From Parvibaculum sp. (lineage in GTDB: Bacteria > Pseudomonadota > Alphaproteobacteria > Parvibaculales > Parvibaculaceae), in assembly GCF_030651915.1 (NCBI RefSeq), contig NZ_JAUSBV010000002.1, forward strand, positions 136,414 to 200,413: a DNA stretch of 64,000 nt, read 5' to 3'. This document shows positions 51,879 through 62,333 of this stretch, in pieces (the stretch's first letter is position 1; each line of letters starts with the position of its first letter). Position numbers and translations under genes: made by a program. The notes beneath the pieces are model-generated. The model searched no databases. It worked only from the letters and a program-made list of their open reading frames with translations, and was not told where the DNA came from.

Positions 51879-51963
51879 CAGTGGCGGGCATTCGAAGGAA
51901 AATCCCGAGATTGGTATTTTCCCTTGTGCCGCCGTGAGACGCGCTTTGACGCGGCCGGAACGG

Positions 51964-53505
51964 TCAGCCCTGCCAGAAAGGCTCCGCCTCGCGGAAACGC
52001 CGCCACAGCCGCAGGGCACCCTTCCAGTCCTTGGTGGCGCGCTTTTCCGACCAGCTGAAAATGCGTGCGGCGAGCGCGGCGGCCCTGGTGTCGCCCGGTG
52101 CTGCGGCGAGCGGCCCGTCGAGAATGAGATGTGCCGTCGCCACGTCGTTCAGCCCGCCGAATACATCCTGAAGCTGCGAGAGATGCCGAATATAGAGTTT
52201 TGTCGCTCCGGCGTCGAAAAGCGACGAAAAAAAATGCAGTCCGTAGCGAAACTTCTTCAGGCGCTTGCGCAATTCGTGGCGGCTCTCGAGATCGAGCGTT
52301 TCGATGTCGCGGCCAAGTCTGGTGACACTGGCATGACGCCGGGTCAGCGCCATGATCGCGAAGTCGCGCGCAAGACGCGGCGCCTTGCGCTTGAGGCGCC
52401 AGCCCCGCCCGGCCAGGAAAAGCCCGTGTTCGAGAAGAAAGCGCGTGTAGCGGCGCGAGGCGAGCGCCGCCAATGCACGGTCCCACGCCTCCGCACGCGC
52501 CGCATCGGCACGGGCGGCGAGGCGCGACAGCGCCGCGTCGCGCGGTGTCACCGATGCCAGGATTTCACCGACGAAAACGTCGAGGTCGCGCGCGGGCCCG
52601 AGTTCGTTGGCGAGCCATTTCGCTTCCTCGGCCAGGCGGTCGGCCATGCCACCACCGATGGCGGGGCGGAAAATCGCCAGCGCCGAGCGCATGCGGCGCA
52701 GGGCCACCCGCATCTGGTGCAGCGCTTCGGGCAAATGCGCCTCGACGGTTGCCGTCTCATTCGACGTCAGGTGCACGAGGCAATGACGCAGGACCGCCGC
52801 ATAGACATCTTCCAGCGTCGCATCTTGTGCATGCGTCAGCGTCTCGGCCTTGATGGCCATCGGCGTACGTGGACGTAAGAGCGCAAAGCCGCGCTCCGAC
52901 TTGCTTTCGAAGCCGACGCGCAGCGTGGCGATGTCGCTGAGATCGAGCGCAAGGCGGTACAGGCTTTCGGGCGAGCCTTCCTTCAATTCCAGCTCGATTT
53001 CGCTGACAGCAAGCTCTTTTGCCTCGCCGGCCCGCAACGCGCCCTTGTCGAGCGCCAACTCGATGACATCGCCGTCGAGTGTTTCGAGGTACTGAACGGT
53101 ACGGCGGATATCGCTGACAAGGCGCGGCGCAATCGGATTGCCGTTTGCGAGCTTCTGGATACGGGACTTCAGACTGGCGGGCAGTTTGTTGAGATCGGGA
53201 CCGGCGGCACCACGTGGCAGCCGCGCTTCATATTCGCCGGTGTCGCGCGCCAGCGCGCCCGTCTTGTCACCCGAATGACCTGTCTCGGTCTTCAATGTCT
53301 GCAGGCACGCACCACCCGACTGGCGGAGGCGCAACGCAAACCCGTGATCGCCCAGCGCCAGATTGTCGGTGTCGAAATAAGTCGAATGCAGATGTTTGCC
53401 GCTGGCGCGCCCGCGCTTGAGCCGCGCCAGAGCCGGCGCGCGCCTCACCCGCTCCAACTCGGCCGGCTCGCAGACGAGTTTCAGTTCGATTTCGCGGTCG
53501 GACAT
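51964..53505 (-). CDS. CYTH + CHAD domain protein (inorganic triphosphatase/YgiF-like)
   Basis: N-terminal EIELK (ExExK), [26 protein letters not shown]; [39 protein letters not shown]. Confidence 0.9.
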   Translation of the reverse strand: MSDREIELKLVCEPAELERVRRAPALARLKRGRASGKHLHSTYFDTDNLALGDHGFALRLRQSGGACLQTLKTETGHSGDKTGALARDTGEYEARLPRGAAGPDLNKLPASLKSRIQKLANGNPIAPRLVSDIRRTVQYLETLDGDVIELALDKGALRAGEAKELAVSEIELELKEGSPESLYRLALDLSDIATLRVGFESKSERGFALLRPRTPMAIKAETLTHAQDATLEDVYAAVLRHCLVHLTSNETATVEAHLPEALHQMRVALRRMRSALAIFRPAIGGGMADRLAEEAKWLANELGPARDLDVFVGEILASVTPRDAALSRLAARADAARAEAWDRALAALASRRYTRFLLEHGLFLAGRGWRLKRKAPRLARDFAIMALTRRHASVTRLGRDIETLDLESRHELRKRLKKFRYGLHFFSSLFDAGATKLYIRHLSQLQDVFGGLNDVATAHLILDGPLAAAPGDTRAAALAARIFSWSEKRATKDWKGALRLWRRFREAEPFWQG

Positions 53506-53641
53506 TCGATTTCAGCCTCGCGCCGCTCCCAAGGGTCCAAGACTCAATCCACTACGCAGGCCTGTGCATTCTGCCGGTCGGCGTGCTGACGCGCAATTGT
53601 CGTATTCGGCATCGAAGCGCGTCATGCGGACGCTGCGACAT

Positions 53642-53650
53642 TTATCCACA
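53642..53650 (+). promoter_or_regulatory. perfect DnaA box (single)
   Basis: TTATCCACA in the hisF / CYTH-CHAD intergenic region. Confidence 0.35.
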
Positions 53651-53703
53651 GGAGGAGTGGCGTGCGCGCGGTTGCGGCACACAACATCTGGATTCTGCGT
53701 GAT

Positions 53704-54462
53704 TCAGAGACGGACCGGAACGCCGGCGGCCGCCATATGTGCCTTGGCTTCGCCGATCGTGTATTCGCCGAAATGGAAAATCGAGGCGGCCAGGACCGCA
53801 CTCGCATGGCCATCGCGGATACCCTCGACCAGATGGTCGAGTGTGCCGACGCCGCCCGAAGCGATGACCGGCACGGTGACCGCGTCCGAAACGGCGCGGG
53901 TCAGTGCGATGTCGAAGCCCGATTTGGCGCCATCGCGGTCCATCGAGGTCAGCAGGATTTCACCGGCGCCGAGTTCCGTCACCTTGACGGCATATTCGAC
54001 CGCATCGATACCGGTCGGCTTGCGTCCGCCATGGGTGAAGACCTCCCACTTGCCGGGCCCGGTCTGTTTGGCATCGATGGCGACAACGATGCATTGATTT
54101 CCGAATTTCTCCGACGCCGCGCGGACGAAACCTGGATCGAAGACGGCGGCTGTCATGATCGAAACCTTGTCGGCGCCGGCGAGCAAGAGCTTGCGCACAT
54201 CCTCGATGGTGCGGACGCCGCCGCCGACGGTCAGCGGCATGAAGCATTGTTCGGCGGTGCGGCGCACGACATCGAAAATGATCGCGCGCTCTTCGTGGCT
54301 TGCCGTGATGTCGAGAAAAGTGAGCTCGTCGGCGCCGGCCGCGTCATAAGCGCGGGCGGCCTCGACCGGGTCGCCCGCATCGCGCAGGTCGACGAAGTTG
54401 ACGCCCTTGACGACGCGGCCGTCCTTGACGTCGAGGCAGGGGATGACGCGCGCTTTCAGCAT
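53704..54462 (-). CDS. hisF: imidazole glycerol phosphate synthase subunit HisF
   Basis: [45 protein letters not shown]. Confidence 0.98.
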   Translation of the reverse strand: MLKARVIPCLDVKDGRVVKGVNFVDLRDAGDPVEAARAYDAAGADELTFLDITASHEERAIIFDVVRRTAEQCFMPLTVGGGVRTIEDVRKLLLAGADKVSIMTAAVFDPGFVRAASEKFGNQCIVVAIDAKQTGPGKWEVFTHGGRKPTGIDAVEYAVKVTELGAGEILLTSMDRDGAKSGFDIALTRAVSDAVTVPVIASGGVGTLDHLVEGIRDGHASAVLAASIFHFGEYTIGEAKAHMAAAGVPVRL

Positions 54463-55193
54463 CTGGCGTGATCCTTCAACAATGCCAGCACTTCCTTCGG
54501 ATCAAGCCGGCCATCGTAAAGCGCGCGGCCGGAAATCGCGCCTTCGATGTTCTTCGTGTCGGCGGCCAAAAGTTTCTTTACGTCATCGATAGAGGAAAGG
54601 CCGCCCGACGCAATGACCGGAATCGATATCGCATTGGCGAGCGCCACCGTCGCCTCGATGTTCAGCCCTTCCAGCGCCCCGTCGCGGTCGATGTCGGTAT
54701 AGATGATGGCGGCGACGCCCGCGTCTTCAAAGCGCCGCGCCATGTCGAGCACGGTAAGGTCCGAGACGTCCGCCCAGCCTTCGGTTGCCACATGGCCGCC
54801 CTTCGCATCGAGCCCGACGGCGATGCGGCCCGGAAATTTCTTGCACGCCTCGATCACCAGCGCCGGGTTCTTGACCGCCGCCGTGCCGATGATGACGCGG
54901 GCGATGCCCTTCCCGAGCCACATTTCGATTGTCGCCAGATCGCGGATGCCGCCGCCAAGCTGCGCCGGCATCGAGATCGCCGCGAGAATGCTTTCGACCG
55001 CCGCTGCGTTGACCGGCTTGCCGGCGAAGGCGCCGTTGAGATCGACGATATGCAGATATTCGAAGCCAGCCCGCTCGAAGGCGCGGGCCTGCGATGCGGG
55101 GTCGTCGTTGAAGACGGTCGCCTTGTCCATCAACCCGTGGACCAGGCGCACGCATTGACCGTCTTTCAGATCGATGGCCGGAAAGAAGATCAT
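54456..55193 (-). CDS. hisA: HisA phosphoribosylformimino-AICAR-P isomerase
   Basis: [41 protein letters not shown]; ATGA overlap with the hisH stop. Confidence 0.97.
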   Translation of the reverse strand: MIFFPAIDLKDGQCVRLVHGLMDKATVFNDDPASQARAFERAGFEYLHIVDLNGAFAGKPVNAAAVESILAAISMPAQLGGGIRDLATIEMWLGKGIARVIIGTAAVKNPALVIEACKKFPGRIAVGLDAKGGHVATEGWADVSDLTVLDMARRFEDAGVAAIIYTDIDRDGALEGLNIEATVALANAISIPVIASGGLSSIDDVKKLLAADTKNIEGAISGRALYDGRLDPKEVLALLKDHARC

Positions 55194-55840
55194 GGCCGCC
55201 ACTTCAGAAAATTGCCGATCAGCGCCAGACCGAGCGTCTGGCTCTTTTCGGGATGGAACTGAGCGCCGACCATATTGTCCTTCGCGACCATTGCGGTGAT
55301 GGGACCGCCGTAATCGGTGCAGGCCAGCACATCGGCTTGCGATTTCGCATCGAGAAAATAGGAATGGACAAAATAGGCATGCAGACCGCGCTCGCCGGTT
55401 TCGATCCCGTCGAGCAGGATGTGGGACCGCGTTTGTGTCAGCGTGTTCCAGCCCATATGCGGAATCTTCAGCGTTGCGTCACCGGGCTCGATGGCGATTA
55501 CGTCGCCATCGATCCAGCCGAGACCTTGATGTTCACCATGTTCGATGCCGCGCGCGGCCATCAGTTGCATGCCGACGCAAATGCCGAAAAAGGGCCTGGC
55601 GTTGCGACGTACGGCTTCGGTCAGCGCCTCGACCATGCCTGGCACCGCATGAAGTCCGGCGCGGCAGTCGCCAAAGGCGCCGACGCCCGGCAGCACGACG
55701 CGGTCGGCGGCGCGGACCGCTTCGGGATCGCTGGTCACGAGAATATCGGCCGCCATGCCGCCGTCGCGGGCGGCGCGCTCGAAGGCTTTGGCCGCCGATC
55801 GCAGATTGCCCGAGCCATAGTCGATGATCGCGACTTTCAC
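55190..55840 (-). CDS. hisH: imidazole glycerol phosphate synthase glutaminase subunit HisH
   Basis: [35 protein letters not shown]; GTG start. Confidence 0.97.
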   Translation of the reverse strand: MKVAIIDYGSGNLRSAAKAFERAARDGGMAADILVTSDPEAVRAADRVVLPGVGAFGDCRAGLHAVPGMVEALTEAVRRNARPFFGICVGMQLMAARGIEHGEHQGLGWIDGDVIAIEPGDATLKIPHMGWNTLTQTRSHILLDGIETGERGLHAYFVHSYFLDAKSQADVLACTDYGGPITAMVAKDNMVGAQFHPEKSQTLGLALIGNFLKWRP

Positions 55841-55846
55841 CGGAAG

Positions 55847-56317
55847 CTAGCCCCCCGCCTTCGGAAAAAGGCCGAGAACGTCGTCGGATGCCGCCCCGGT
55901 GCGACGCCCCCAGACCGGCCTCGGCGATGGAGCGGCATCGACATGAAGCGACCGGTCCCATTTGGCGAAGAAGGCGCGTTCGGCTTCCTCGAGGTTGCCG
56001 CCACCGGCGAGCCCGGCCATACGATAGCCCTTGCGTTCGAGCGTCCAGCGGCGGATGTCATTGGCCTCGAAGCCGAGCAGCACCTGAAGCGCCAGCGAAC
56101 ATATGGCGGTCGCTTCGGCGCCGAGGAGATTTTGGGCGATCAGCGAGACGGCAACCAGCAGCGCGATCCAGAGCGCCAGCGCGACCCACAGCCGGTGCCA
56201 GAGCAACCAGATCCATGAAAACGCGAAAGCCGGGAAGGAGAAGCCCTCCTTGACCAGCACGATGCCGGCGCCGTCAAGCGGGGCGCCCTGAAGCTCGTGA
56301 ACCGTGTAGATGCGCAT
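55847..56317 (-). CDS. DUF2628-family membrane protein
   Basis: MRIYTVH, KEGFSFPAF, LWHRLW, LGFEANDIRRWTLERKGY; usual position between hisB and hisH. Confidence 0.82.
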   Translation of the reverse strand: MRIYTVHELQGAPLDGAGIVLVKEGFSFPAFAFSWIWLLWHRLWVALALWIALLVAVSLIAQNLLGAEATAICSLALQVLLGFEANDIRRWTLERKGYRMAGLAGGGNLEEAERAFFAKWDRSLHVDAAPSPRPVWGRRTGAASDDVLGLFPKAGG

Positions 56318-56391
56318 GGACATGGGGCCCGCTCGCGGCGGCGTTGCATTCGGGCTCTATCTAGGCCAGACGGCTGAAAAAGGCCAGCGGA

Positions 56392-56994
56392 TCAGCTGCC
56401 GAGCTTGCCCTTGGTCGAGGGAATTTGCGTCGAGGCGCGCGGGTCGATCTCGACCGCCTCGCGAAGCGCGCGCGCCAGACCCTTGAAGCAGCTTTCGACG
56501 ATGTGATGGTTGTTTTCGCCATACATGTTTTCGATATGCAGCGTGATGCCGGCATTCTGGGCGAAAGCCTGGAACCATTCCTTGAAAAGTTCGGTGTCCA
56601 TGTCACCAAGCTTCGGCTTGGTGAAGTTCACTTTCCATATCAGGTAGGGGCGCTGCGACACATCGATCGAGACGCGAGTACAGGTTTCGTCCATCGGGAT
56701 GATGGCCGTTGCATAGCGGCGGATGCCCTTGAAATCGCCAAGCGCCTTTTTGACCGCCTCGCCGATCACAATGCCGCTGTCTTCGGTCGTGTGGTGAAAA
56801 TCGATGTGGAGGTCGCCCTTGGCGCGCAATTTCAGGTCGATCAGCGAATGGCGCGAGAGCTGCTCGAGCATGTGGTCGAGAAAGCCGATGCCAGTCTCGA
56901 TATCGTAATCCCCATTGCCATCCAGATTGAGCTCGACCGAAATCGAGGTCTCCTTGGTCTGGCGGTCGAGCTTGGCGGTGCGGGAAGCAGACAT
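56392..56994 (-). CDS. hisB: imidazoleglycerol-phosphate dehydratase
   Basis: [41 protein letters not shown]. Confidence 0.98.
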   Translation of the reverse strand: MSASRTAKLDRQTKETSISVELNLDGNGDYDIETGIGFLDHMLEQLSRHSLIDLKLRAKGDLHIDFHHTTEDSGIVIGEAVKKALGDFKGIRRYATAIIPMDETCTRVSIDVSQRPYLIWKVNFTKPKLGDMDTELFKEWFQAFAQNAGITLHIENMYGENNHHIVESCFKGLARALREAVEIDPRASTQIPSTKGKLGS

Positions 56995-57286
56995 TTCGAT
57001 GTTCCGGCGGGCGTGAATTCAGCGGGCTTTTAGCAGGCAGTGCGGCAACCGGCCAGCGCAAAGCCCATATTTGCGCACCCATTCCAGTTAAACGAGAAAT
57101 TCAATTTGAATCACAATGGCTTACAAGACGTTAACCAATAAAGGCCTGCTCGTCTCATATATTACTTTAAGTCGTTGCAGTTTTCCATGCGTCGGCGGCA
57201 CTAAGTCATTGAATCAATTTGCAGCTATTAATCTCTCCTAGTATTCGGTTAAGCGTAGACCACCAGATATTGTTAAGCCTTGGGCC

Positions 57287-57904
57287 TCAATAGAGGTTCT
57301 TCTGCGCGTCGTCTTCCAATGCCGTATCGATCAGGGCCGGCGCGACATCGAGCTTCATCTGGTCGCGCAACATCTCGCCAAAGCTCGGCAGAGCATTGCG
57401 CGGTACGTGATTTTCGGCGTTCCAGAGCCCGGAGCGTTTCAGCGCCTTGGTGCAATGGAGATAGACCTCCTTCACCTCGACCACGAGCACCGAGCGCGGC
57501 GGCTTGCCATCAACGACGAAGCGCGCCATCAGTTCCGGCTCCAACGACGTTGTGGCAAGGCCGTTGATGCGGAGCATTTCCTCAAAGCCGGGCAGAAAGA
57601 ACAACAGGCCGACCGCCGGCGCATGGGCGATGTTGGTCAGCGTATCGAGACGGTTGTTGCCCGGCCGGTCAGGCAGGGCAAGATGCCTGTCGTCGAGCAC
57701 ATGAACGAAGCCCGGCTCGCCGCCCCGGGGCGACACATCGGCAAGCCCGTCCGGGCGGCTCGAGCCGATGCAGAGAAAGGGCGAGAGTTCGATGAAACGC
57801 CGTGAATGCGGGTCGATCCAGTCGAGTTGCTTGCCAAGCGCCCCGCCCGAAGGCTGCGGGTAGACCGTGCGAAGCGCATCCTCGGTTTTCAACTGACCCG
57901 ACAT
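57287..57904 (-). CDS. pyridoxamine 5'-phosphate oxidase-like FMN-binding protein (MSMEG_1061-like)
   Basis: ATG at 57904 with GAGGAGG RBS; [44 protein letters not shown]. The ORF track's longer call is an antisense extension over hslV. Confidence 0.87.
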   Translation of the reverse strand: MSGQLKTEDALRTVYPQPSGGALGKQLDWIDPHSRRFIELSPFLCIGSSRPDGLADVSPRGGEPGFVHVLDDRHLALPDRPGNNRLDTLTNIAHAPAVGLLFFLPGFEEMLRINGLATTSLEPELMARFVVDGKPPRSVLVVEVKEVYLHCTKALKRSGLWNAENHVPRNALPSFGEMLRDQMKLDVAPALIDTALEDDAQKNLY

Positions 57905-57997
57905 GGCATAAATCCTCCTCGATCGTCGATTGTGCGAAAGATTATCATTTGCAACAAATCGGCGCCAGTCCGCATGCCCGCCGGAACCGGCGCCGGG

Positions 57998-58026
57998 CTT
58001 GACCCTATGGCGCGAAGCCGCCACAT
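57998..58026 (+). promoter_or_regulatory. RpoH-type promoter of hslVU
   Basis: CTTGAC-N16-GCCACAT. Confidence 0.5.
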
Positions 58027-58073
58027 GGTAGCGGCAACCCCGCGCCTTCCGGCAAAATCCGACAGGAATAGAC

Positions 58074-58625
58074 ATGGCCTCGCACGATCCGATCAACTGG
58101 CACGGCACGACGATCCTTTCGGTGCGCAAGGATGGCCGGGTGGCGATCGCCGGCGACGGGCAGGTGTCGATGGGCGACACGATCATGAAGGGCAATGCGC
58201 GCAAGGTCCGCCCGCTCGGCAAGGGCGATGTGATCGCCGGTTTTGCCGGGGCGACCGCCGATGCGATGACGCTGTTCGAGCGGCTCGAAGCCAAGATCGA
58301 GCAATATCCGGGGCAGCTGATGCGAGCCTGTGTCGAGCTTGCCAAGGACTGGCGCACCGACAAATATCTGCGCCGCCTCGAGGCGATGATGATCGTCGCC
58401 GACGCCCAAGTGACGCTGGTGCTGACCGGCAATGGCGACGTGCTCGAACCCGATGGCGGGGTCGTCGGCATCGGCTCGGGCGGCAATTACGCGCTCGCCG
58501 CCGCCCGGGCACTGACCGACAGCGATCTCGGCGCCGAGGCGATCGTCCGCAAGGCGATGGGCATTGCCGCCGATATTTGCGTCTACACCAACAACAATCT
58601 GACGGTCGAAGTCATCGAGGCCTGA
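58074..58625 (+). CDS. hslV: ATP-dependent protease subunit HslV
   Basis: [47 protein letters not shown]. Confidence 0.97.
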   Translation: MASHDPINWHGTTILSVRKDGRVAIAGDGQVSMGDTIMKGNARKVRPLGKGDVIAGFAGATADAMTLFERLEAKIEQYPGQLMRACVELAKDWRTDKYLRRLEAMMIVADAQVTLVLTGNGDVLEPDGGVVGIGSGGNYALAAARALTDSDLGAEAIVRKAMGIAADICVYTNNNLTVEVIEA

Positions 58626-58666
58626 CCGTCCTTCCCGCCTTCCCGACCGGAGTTTCGTTTGCCCGC

Positions 58667-59974
58667 ATGACCAGTTTTTCCCCGCGTGAAATCGTTTCCG
58701 AACTCGACCGCTACATTGTCGGCCAGCGCGACGCCAAGCGCGCGGTCGCCATTGCGCTCCGCAACCGCTGGCGGCGGCAGCAACTGCCTGAGGATCTGCG
58801 TGAGGAGGTTTTGCCGAAAAACATCCTGATGATCGGGCCGACCGGCGTCGGCAAGACCGAAATCTCGCGCCGTCTGGCGCGCCTGGCCGAAGCACCCTTC
58901 ATCAAGGTCGAGGCGACCAAATTCACCGAAGTCGGCTATGTTGGCCGCGACGTCGAGCAGATCATCCGCGATCTGGTCGAAATTGCGCTTGCCATGACAC
59001 GGACCAAAAAGCGCAAGGATGTCGAGGCGAAAGCCGATCTTGCCGCCGAGGCGCGTGTGCTCGAGGCGCTGGTCGGGGCCAATGCGGGCGAGGCCACGCG
59101 CGAGAGCTTCCGCAGGAAACTGCGCGCCGGCGAACTCGACGACAAGGAGATCGAGATCGAAACGGCCGATCAGGGTGGCGGCATGCCGAGTTTCGACATT
59201 CCGGGGATGCCGGGCGGCCAGGTCGGCATGATCAATCTCGGCGACATCATGGGCAAGGCCTTTGGTGGACGCACAAAAACCCGGCGCATGACGGTGCGCG
59301 ACAGCTATGAGGTGCTGGTCGCCGAGGAAGGCGACAAGCTGCTCGACCAGGAACAGCTGACACAGGAAGCCATCACCGCGGTCGAACAGAACGGCATCGT
59401 CTTTCTCGATGAGGTCGACAAGATCTGCGCCCGCGCCGAACGGCAGGGCGGCGATGTCAGTCGCGAAGGCGTGCAGCGCGATCTTCTGCCGCTGATCGAA
59501 GGCACGACGGTTTCAACCAAGCATGGCGCGGTCAAGACCGACCATATTCTCTTTATCGCGTCGGGTGCCTTTCACATCGCCAAGCCATCGGATCTGCTGC
59601 CCGAACTGCAGGGACGTTTGCCGATCCGGGTCGAATTGAAGGCGCTTGGCAAGGACGAGCTGCGCCGCGTGCTGACCGAACCGGAAGCCAGCCTGATCAA
59701 GCAATATGTGGCGCTGATGGAAACGGAAGGCGTCACGCTCTCCTTCACCGATGACGGGATCGACGCCATTGCCGACATCGCCGCCTCGGTCAATTCGACG
59801 GTCGAGAATATCGGCGCGCGGCGCCTGCACACCGTCATGGAGCGGGTGCTCGACGAAATCAGCTTTGGCGCCACCGACCGTGCCGGCGAAACGGTCACGG
59901 TCGATGCGCCTTATGTGCAGAAGCATGTCGGCGACCTGTCGAAGAACACCGACCTGTCGAAATTCATTCTCTGA
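58667..59974 (+). CDS. hslU: ATP-dependent protease ATPase subunit HslU
   Basis: [47 protein letters not shown]. Confidence 0.98.
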   Translation: MTSFSPREIVSELDRYIVGQRDAKRAVAIALRNRWRRQQLPEDLREEVLPKNILMIGPTGVGKTEISRRLARLAEAPFIKVEATKFTEVGYVGRDVEQIIRDLVEIALAMTRTKKRKDVEAKADLAAEARVLEALVGANAGEATRESFRRKLRAGELDDKEIEIETADQGGGMPSFDIPGMPGGQVGMINLGDIMGKAFGGRTKTRRMTVRDSYEVLVAEEGDKLLDQEQLTQEAITAVEQNGIVFLDEVDKICARAERQGGDVSREGVQRDLLPLIEGTTVSTKHGAVKTDHILFIASGAFHIAKPSDLLPELQGRLPIRVELKALGKDELRRVLTEPEASLIKQYVALMETEGVTLSFTDDGIDAIADIAASVNSTVENIGARRLHTVMERVLDEISFGATDRAGETVTVDAPYVQKHVGDLSKNTDLSKFIL

Positions 59975-60174
59975 TGCTGGCTGCGGCAGCGCGCAGTGTT
60001 GCGCCGTGAGGGCAAAAGGCGTGATGCATCCGCCGGGACCGGCCCGATTTTCCGGCCTTCTGCACCCGGGCGCGAATCTTTGGTCATCAGCTGAAATCGC
60101 AACCGGCGAATCTTTTTGCGGACAGCTTCGCCGGCCGCAAGGCGCGTGGGCCGGCTTTCTTCACCGGTGGCGAG

Positions 60175-60546
60175 TCATTTGCCCTTGCGCCGCTTTCGCG
60201 CGTCGAGAACGGCCAGCAGCCGGCTGATTTCGGCCGGGGTCAGCGTTGCAATCTCCTCGGCAAGACGGTTCGCCGCCTCCGTTGCCTCGGGGGCAAGACC
60301 GGATGTATCGATGACGATACGTGGGTGGGAAAGCCAGGCCAGCCGTTCCAGTTCTTCCGCCTCGTCCCAGATCACGTTGAAATAGCCGACAATCGCCTGC
60401 ACCAGCCGCCAGCTCGGACGGCCGCGTTTCCCGTGTTCCAGCGCCGAGAGATAGGCCGGTGTCACCCGCAGCGCCGCCGCCATCTCCTTCATGGTCATGC
60501 CGCGCGCCTTGCGCAGCTCGCGCAGTTTCTTGCCGAAGGGCGTCAT
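60175..60546 (-). CDS. XRE-family HTH protein
   Basis: MTPFGKKLRELRKARGMTMKEMAAALRVTPAYLSALEHGKRG; ATGA overlap with the smr gene. Confidence 0.88.
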   Translation of the reverse strand: MTPFGKKLRELRKARGMTMKEMAAALRVTPAYLSALEHGKRGRPSWRLVQAIVGYFNVIWDEAEELERLAWLSHPRIVIDTSGLAPEATEAANRLAEEIATLTPAEISRLLAVLDARKRRKGK

Positions 60547-61181
60547 CGTTTCTTGCGCAGCCAGATATAGAAGGCGCCGCCGCCGCCATGCTTGGGATGG
60601 GCGGGCTGGAAGCCGGAAAGATGGGTGCGGAAGCTTGCCTCTTCGAGCCAGCGCGGCACGGCGCTGCGCAGCACGCCCTGGCGCTCGGGCACTTCGTAGA
60701 AATTCGCGCCGTGGAGCGTGTGGCGCGCATAGGGCGAGGCGCCCTTGCCGGTAATGACCAGCACGCAGCGCAAGCCCCGTGCGCGGGAGCGGCTCAGAAA
60801 TGCCAGCAGGGCGTCATGGGCTTCGTGCTGGTTGTGGCCATGGAGATCGAGTGTCGCCTCGACCTCCATCTGCCCGCGGGCGAGGCGCTGGCTGACGCGG
60901 CGATCGAGGCCGGTCAGCGGCGGCGGTGCCGGCGGATGGGTCCGCGGGGCGGCCGATTGCGGCGCGGCGGCGGCGCGCGGACGGGCGGCGGGCGCCGGCG
61001 TGGCGATCGGCGCGTCGATGGCAGCAGGACTTTCGGCGGCCGGCATTTTCGTGCGGCGGAGCAGCGGTTTTGCGTCTTTTACCACCGCGCGCCAGAGCTT
61101 GCGCTCTTCCTCCGTCAGCAGCCGTGAGCGGCGGCGCGGGGCCTTCTTTTCATTGTCATCCCTGTCGCCGCCTGCCGCCAT
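60543..61181 (-). CDS. Smr-domain protein
   Basis: LTEEERKLW, LDLHG, VLVITGKG, GVLRSAVPRWL, HGGGGAFYIWL. Confidence 0.9.
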   Translation of the reverse strand: MAAGGDRDDNEKKAPRRRSRLLTEEERKLWRAVVKDAKPLLRRTKMPAAESPAAIDAPIATPAPAARPRAAAAPQSAAPRTHPPAPPPLTGLDRRVSQRLARGQMEVEATLDLHGHNQHEAHDALLAFLSRSRARGLRCVLVITGKGASPYARHTLHGANFYEVPERQGVLRSAVPRWLEEASFRTHLSGFQPAHPKHGGGGAFYIWLRKKR

Positions 61182-61191
61182 CCGGTCCTGC

Positions 61192-62322
61192 CTAGCGGGC
61201 GGCAATCGATTTCGGCAGCAACGCGACAAGCAGCCCCTCGGCCTTCATGAGACCGGCGATCTCGCCGGCCTCCGCGCCGGTGCCGAAAAATATGTCGCCG
61301 CGCTGCACGCCCTTGATCGCCGAGCCCGTGTCCTGCGCGACCACAAGATGGGCGAAGGGGATTTCGCTGCTGCCGTCGAGCGCCGGATGACGCGTCGTCA
61401 GCCAGAACAGCGCCCCCAGCGGATGATGGTCGCGATCGATGGCGAGGCTGCGGCGCGGCGTCAGATTGACCTGTTCGGCGCCGGGAGGCCCGAGTTCCGG
61501 ATCGACATTTCTCAGTATGCGGAAGAAAATGTAGGAATCGTTCTGCCGCATCACCTCTCGGCCAGCTGCCGGATTGGCGTCGATCCAGGCGCGGATCGTC
61601 TGCATCGAGACGTCCTCGCGCGGAATGGCGCCGCGATCGATCAGCACTTTGCCGATGGAGGTATATTCGTGGCCGCTCTTGGCGGCAAAGGCGAGGCGCA
61701 CCGTCTCGCCGTTTTCGAGGCGCACGCGACCCGAGCCCTGCACATGCAGAAAGAAGGCGTCGACCGGGCTTTCAAGCCAGACCAGCGCCAGCGATCCGTG
61801 ATCGAGCGCGCCGTCCTCGATTTCGCCGCGGGTCGGGAAGCCGGCGCCGCCGGCACGCATCGCAAAGCCCGGCGGCGGTGCGAGCACCGGCGTCTGATAA
61901 GGCCCGTGGCGTGTCAGCGCGCCACGCATCTCCGGTTCGTAGTAGCCGGTAAAGAGCCCGCGCGCCGCCGGCAGGCGGACCGGCTGAAACCAGTGTTCGA
62001 AAAAGCCGCGCGCCGAACCCGGCGCAATCGGTTGCAGCGCGGCGGCACAGGCCGGCTGCCAGTCAGCGGCGCGGCCATAGATTGAAGAGGTTCCGGTCTT
62101 GGCATCGAGCGGGGCGGCGGCGTCGAGCCTGGCGATGCGTGTGCAGGAGCGCGAAAATGCCGCCAATGCGGCGGCGTGATCGTCATCGGCCCAACCAGGC
62201 AGATCGGCAAAACGCATGGCACTGGGTTCCGCACGAGCATCCATGACAGTCGTTCCCGGCGCGCAGGAAAGAACGGCAATCCCAACCAGGGTCGAAAGGA
62301 AATGGCGCGCGGTCCGGCGCAT
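61192..62322 (-). CDS. mltA: membrane-bound lytic murein transglycosylase A
   Basis: LPGWADDD, FTGYYEP, FFLHVQGSG, YTSIG, SYIFF, AQDTGSAIKG..RGDIFFG (3D domain). Confidence 0.92.
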   Translation of the reverse strand: MRRTARHFLSTLVGIAVLSCAPGTTVMDARAEPSAMRFADLPGWADDDHAAALAAFSRSCTRIARLDAAAPLDAKTGTSSIYGRAADWQPACAAALQPIAPGSARGFFEHWFQPVRLPAARGLFTGYYEPEMRGALTRHGPYQTPVLAPPPGFAMRAGGAGFPTRGEIEDGALDHGSLALVWLESPVDAFFLHVQGSGRVRLENGETVRLAFAAKSGHEYTSIGKVLIDRGAIPREDVSMQTIRAWIDANPAAGREVMRQNDSYIFFRILRNVDPELGPPGAEQVNLTPRRSLAIDRDHHPLGALFWLTTRHPALDGSSEIPFAHLVVAQDTGSAIKGVQRGDIFFGTGAEAGEIAGLMKAEGLLVALLPKSIAAR

Positions 62323-62333
62323 CGCCGCGTCCG

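Noticed and set aside
53662-54471. 269-aa + strand ORF preceded by a strong GGAGGAG
   Set aside because: It lies almost entirely antisense to hisF and has shadow-type composition with no motifs. The SD-like sequence is probably coincidental, although ribosome profiling would settle it.
57080-57280. oriC interpretation of the AT-rich island
   Set aside because: There is no DnaA-box cluster, and by synteny the origin is expected beyond secB (hemE side), outside this window.
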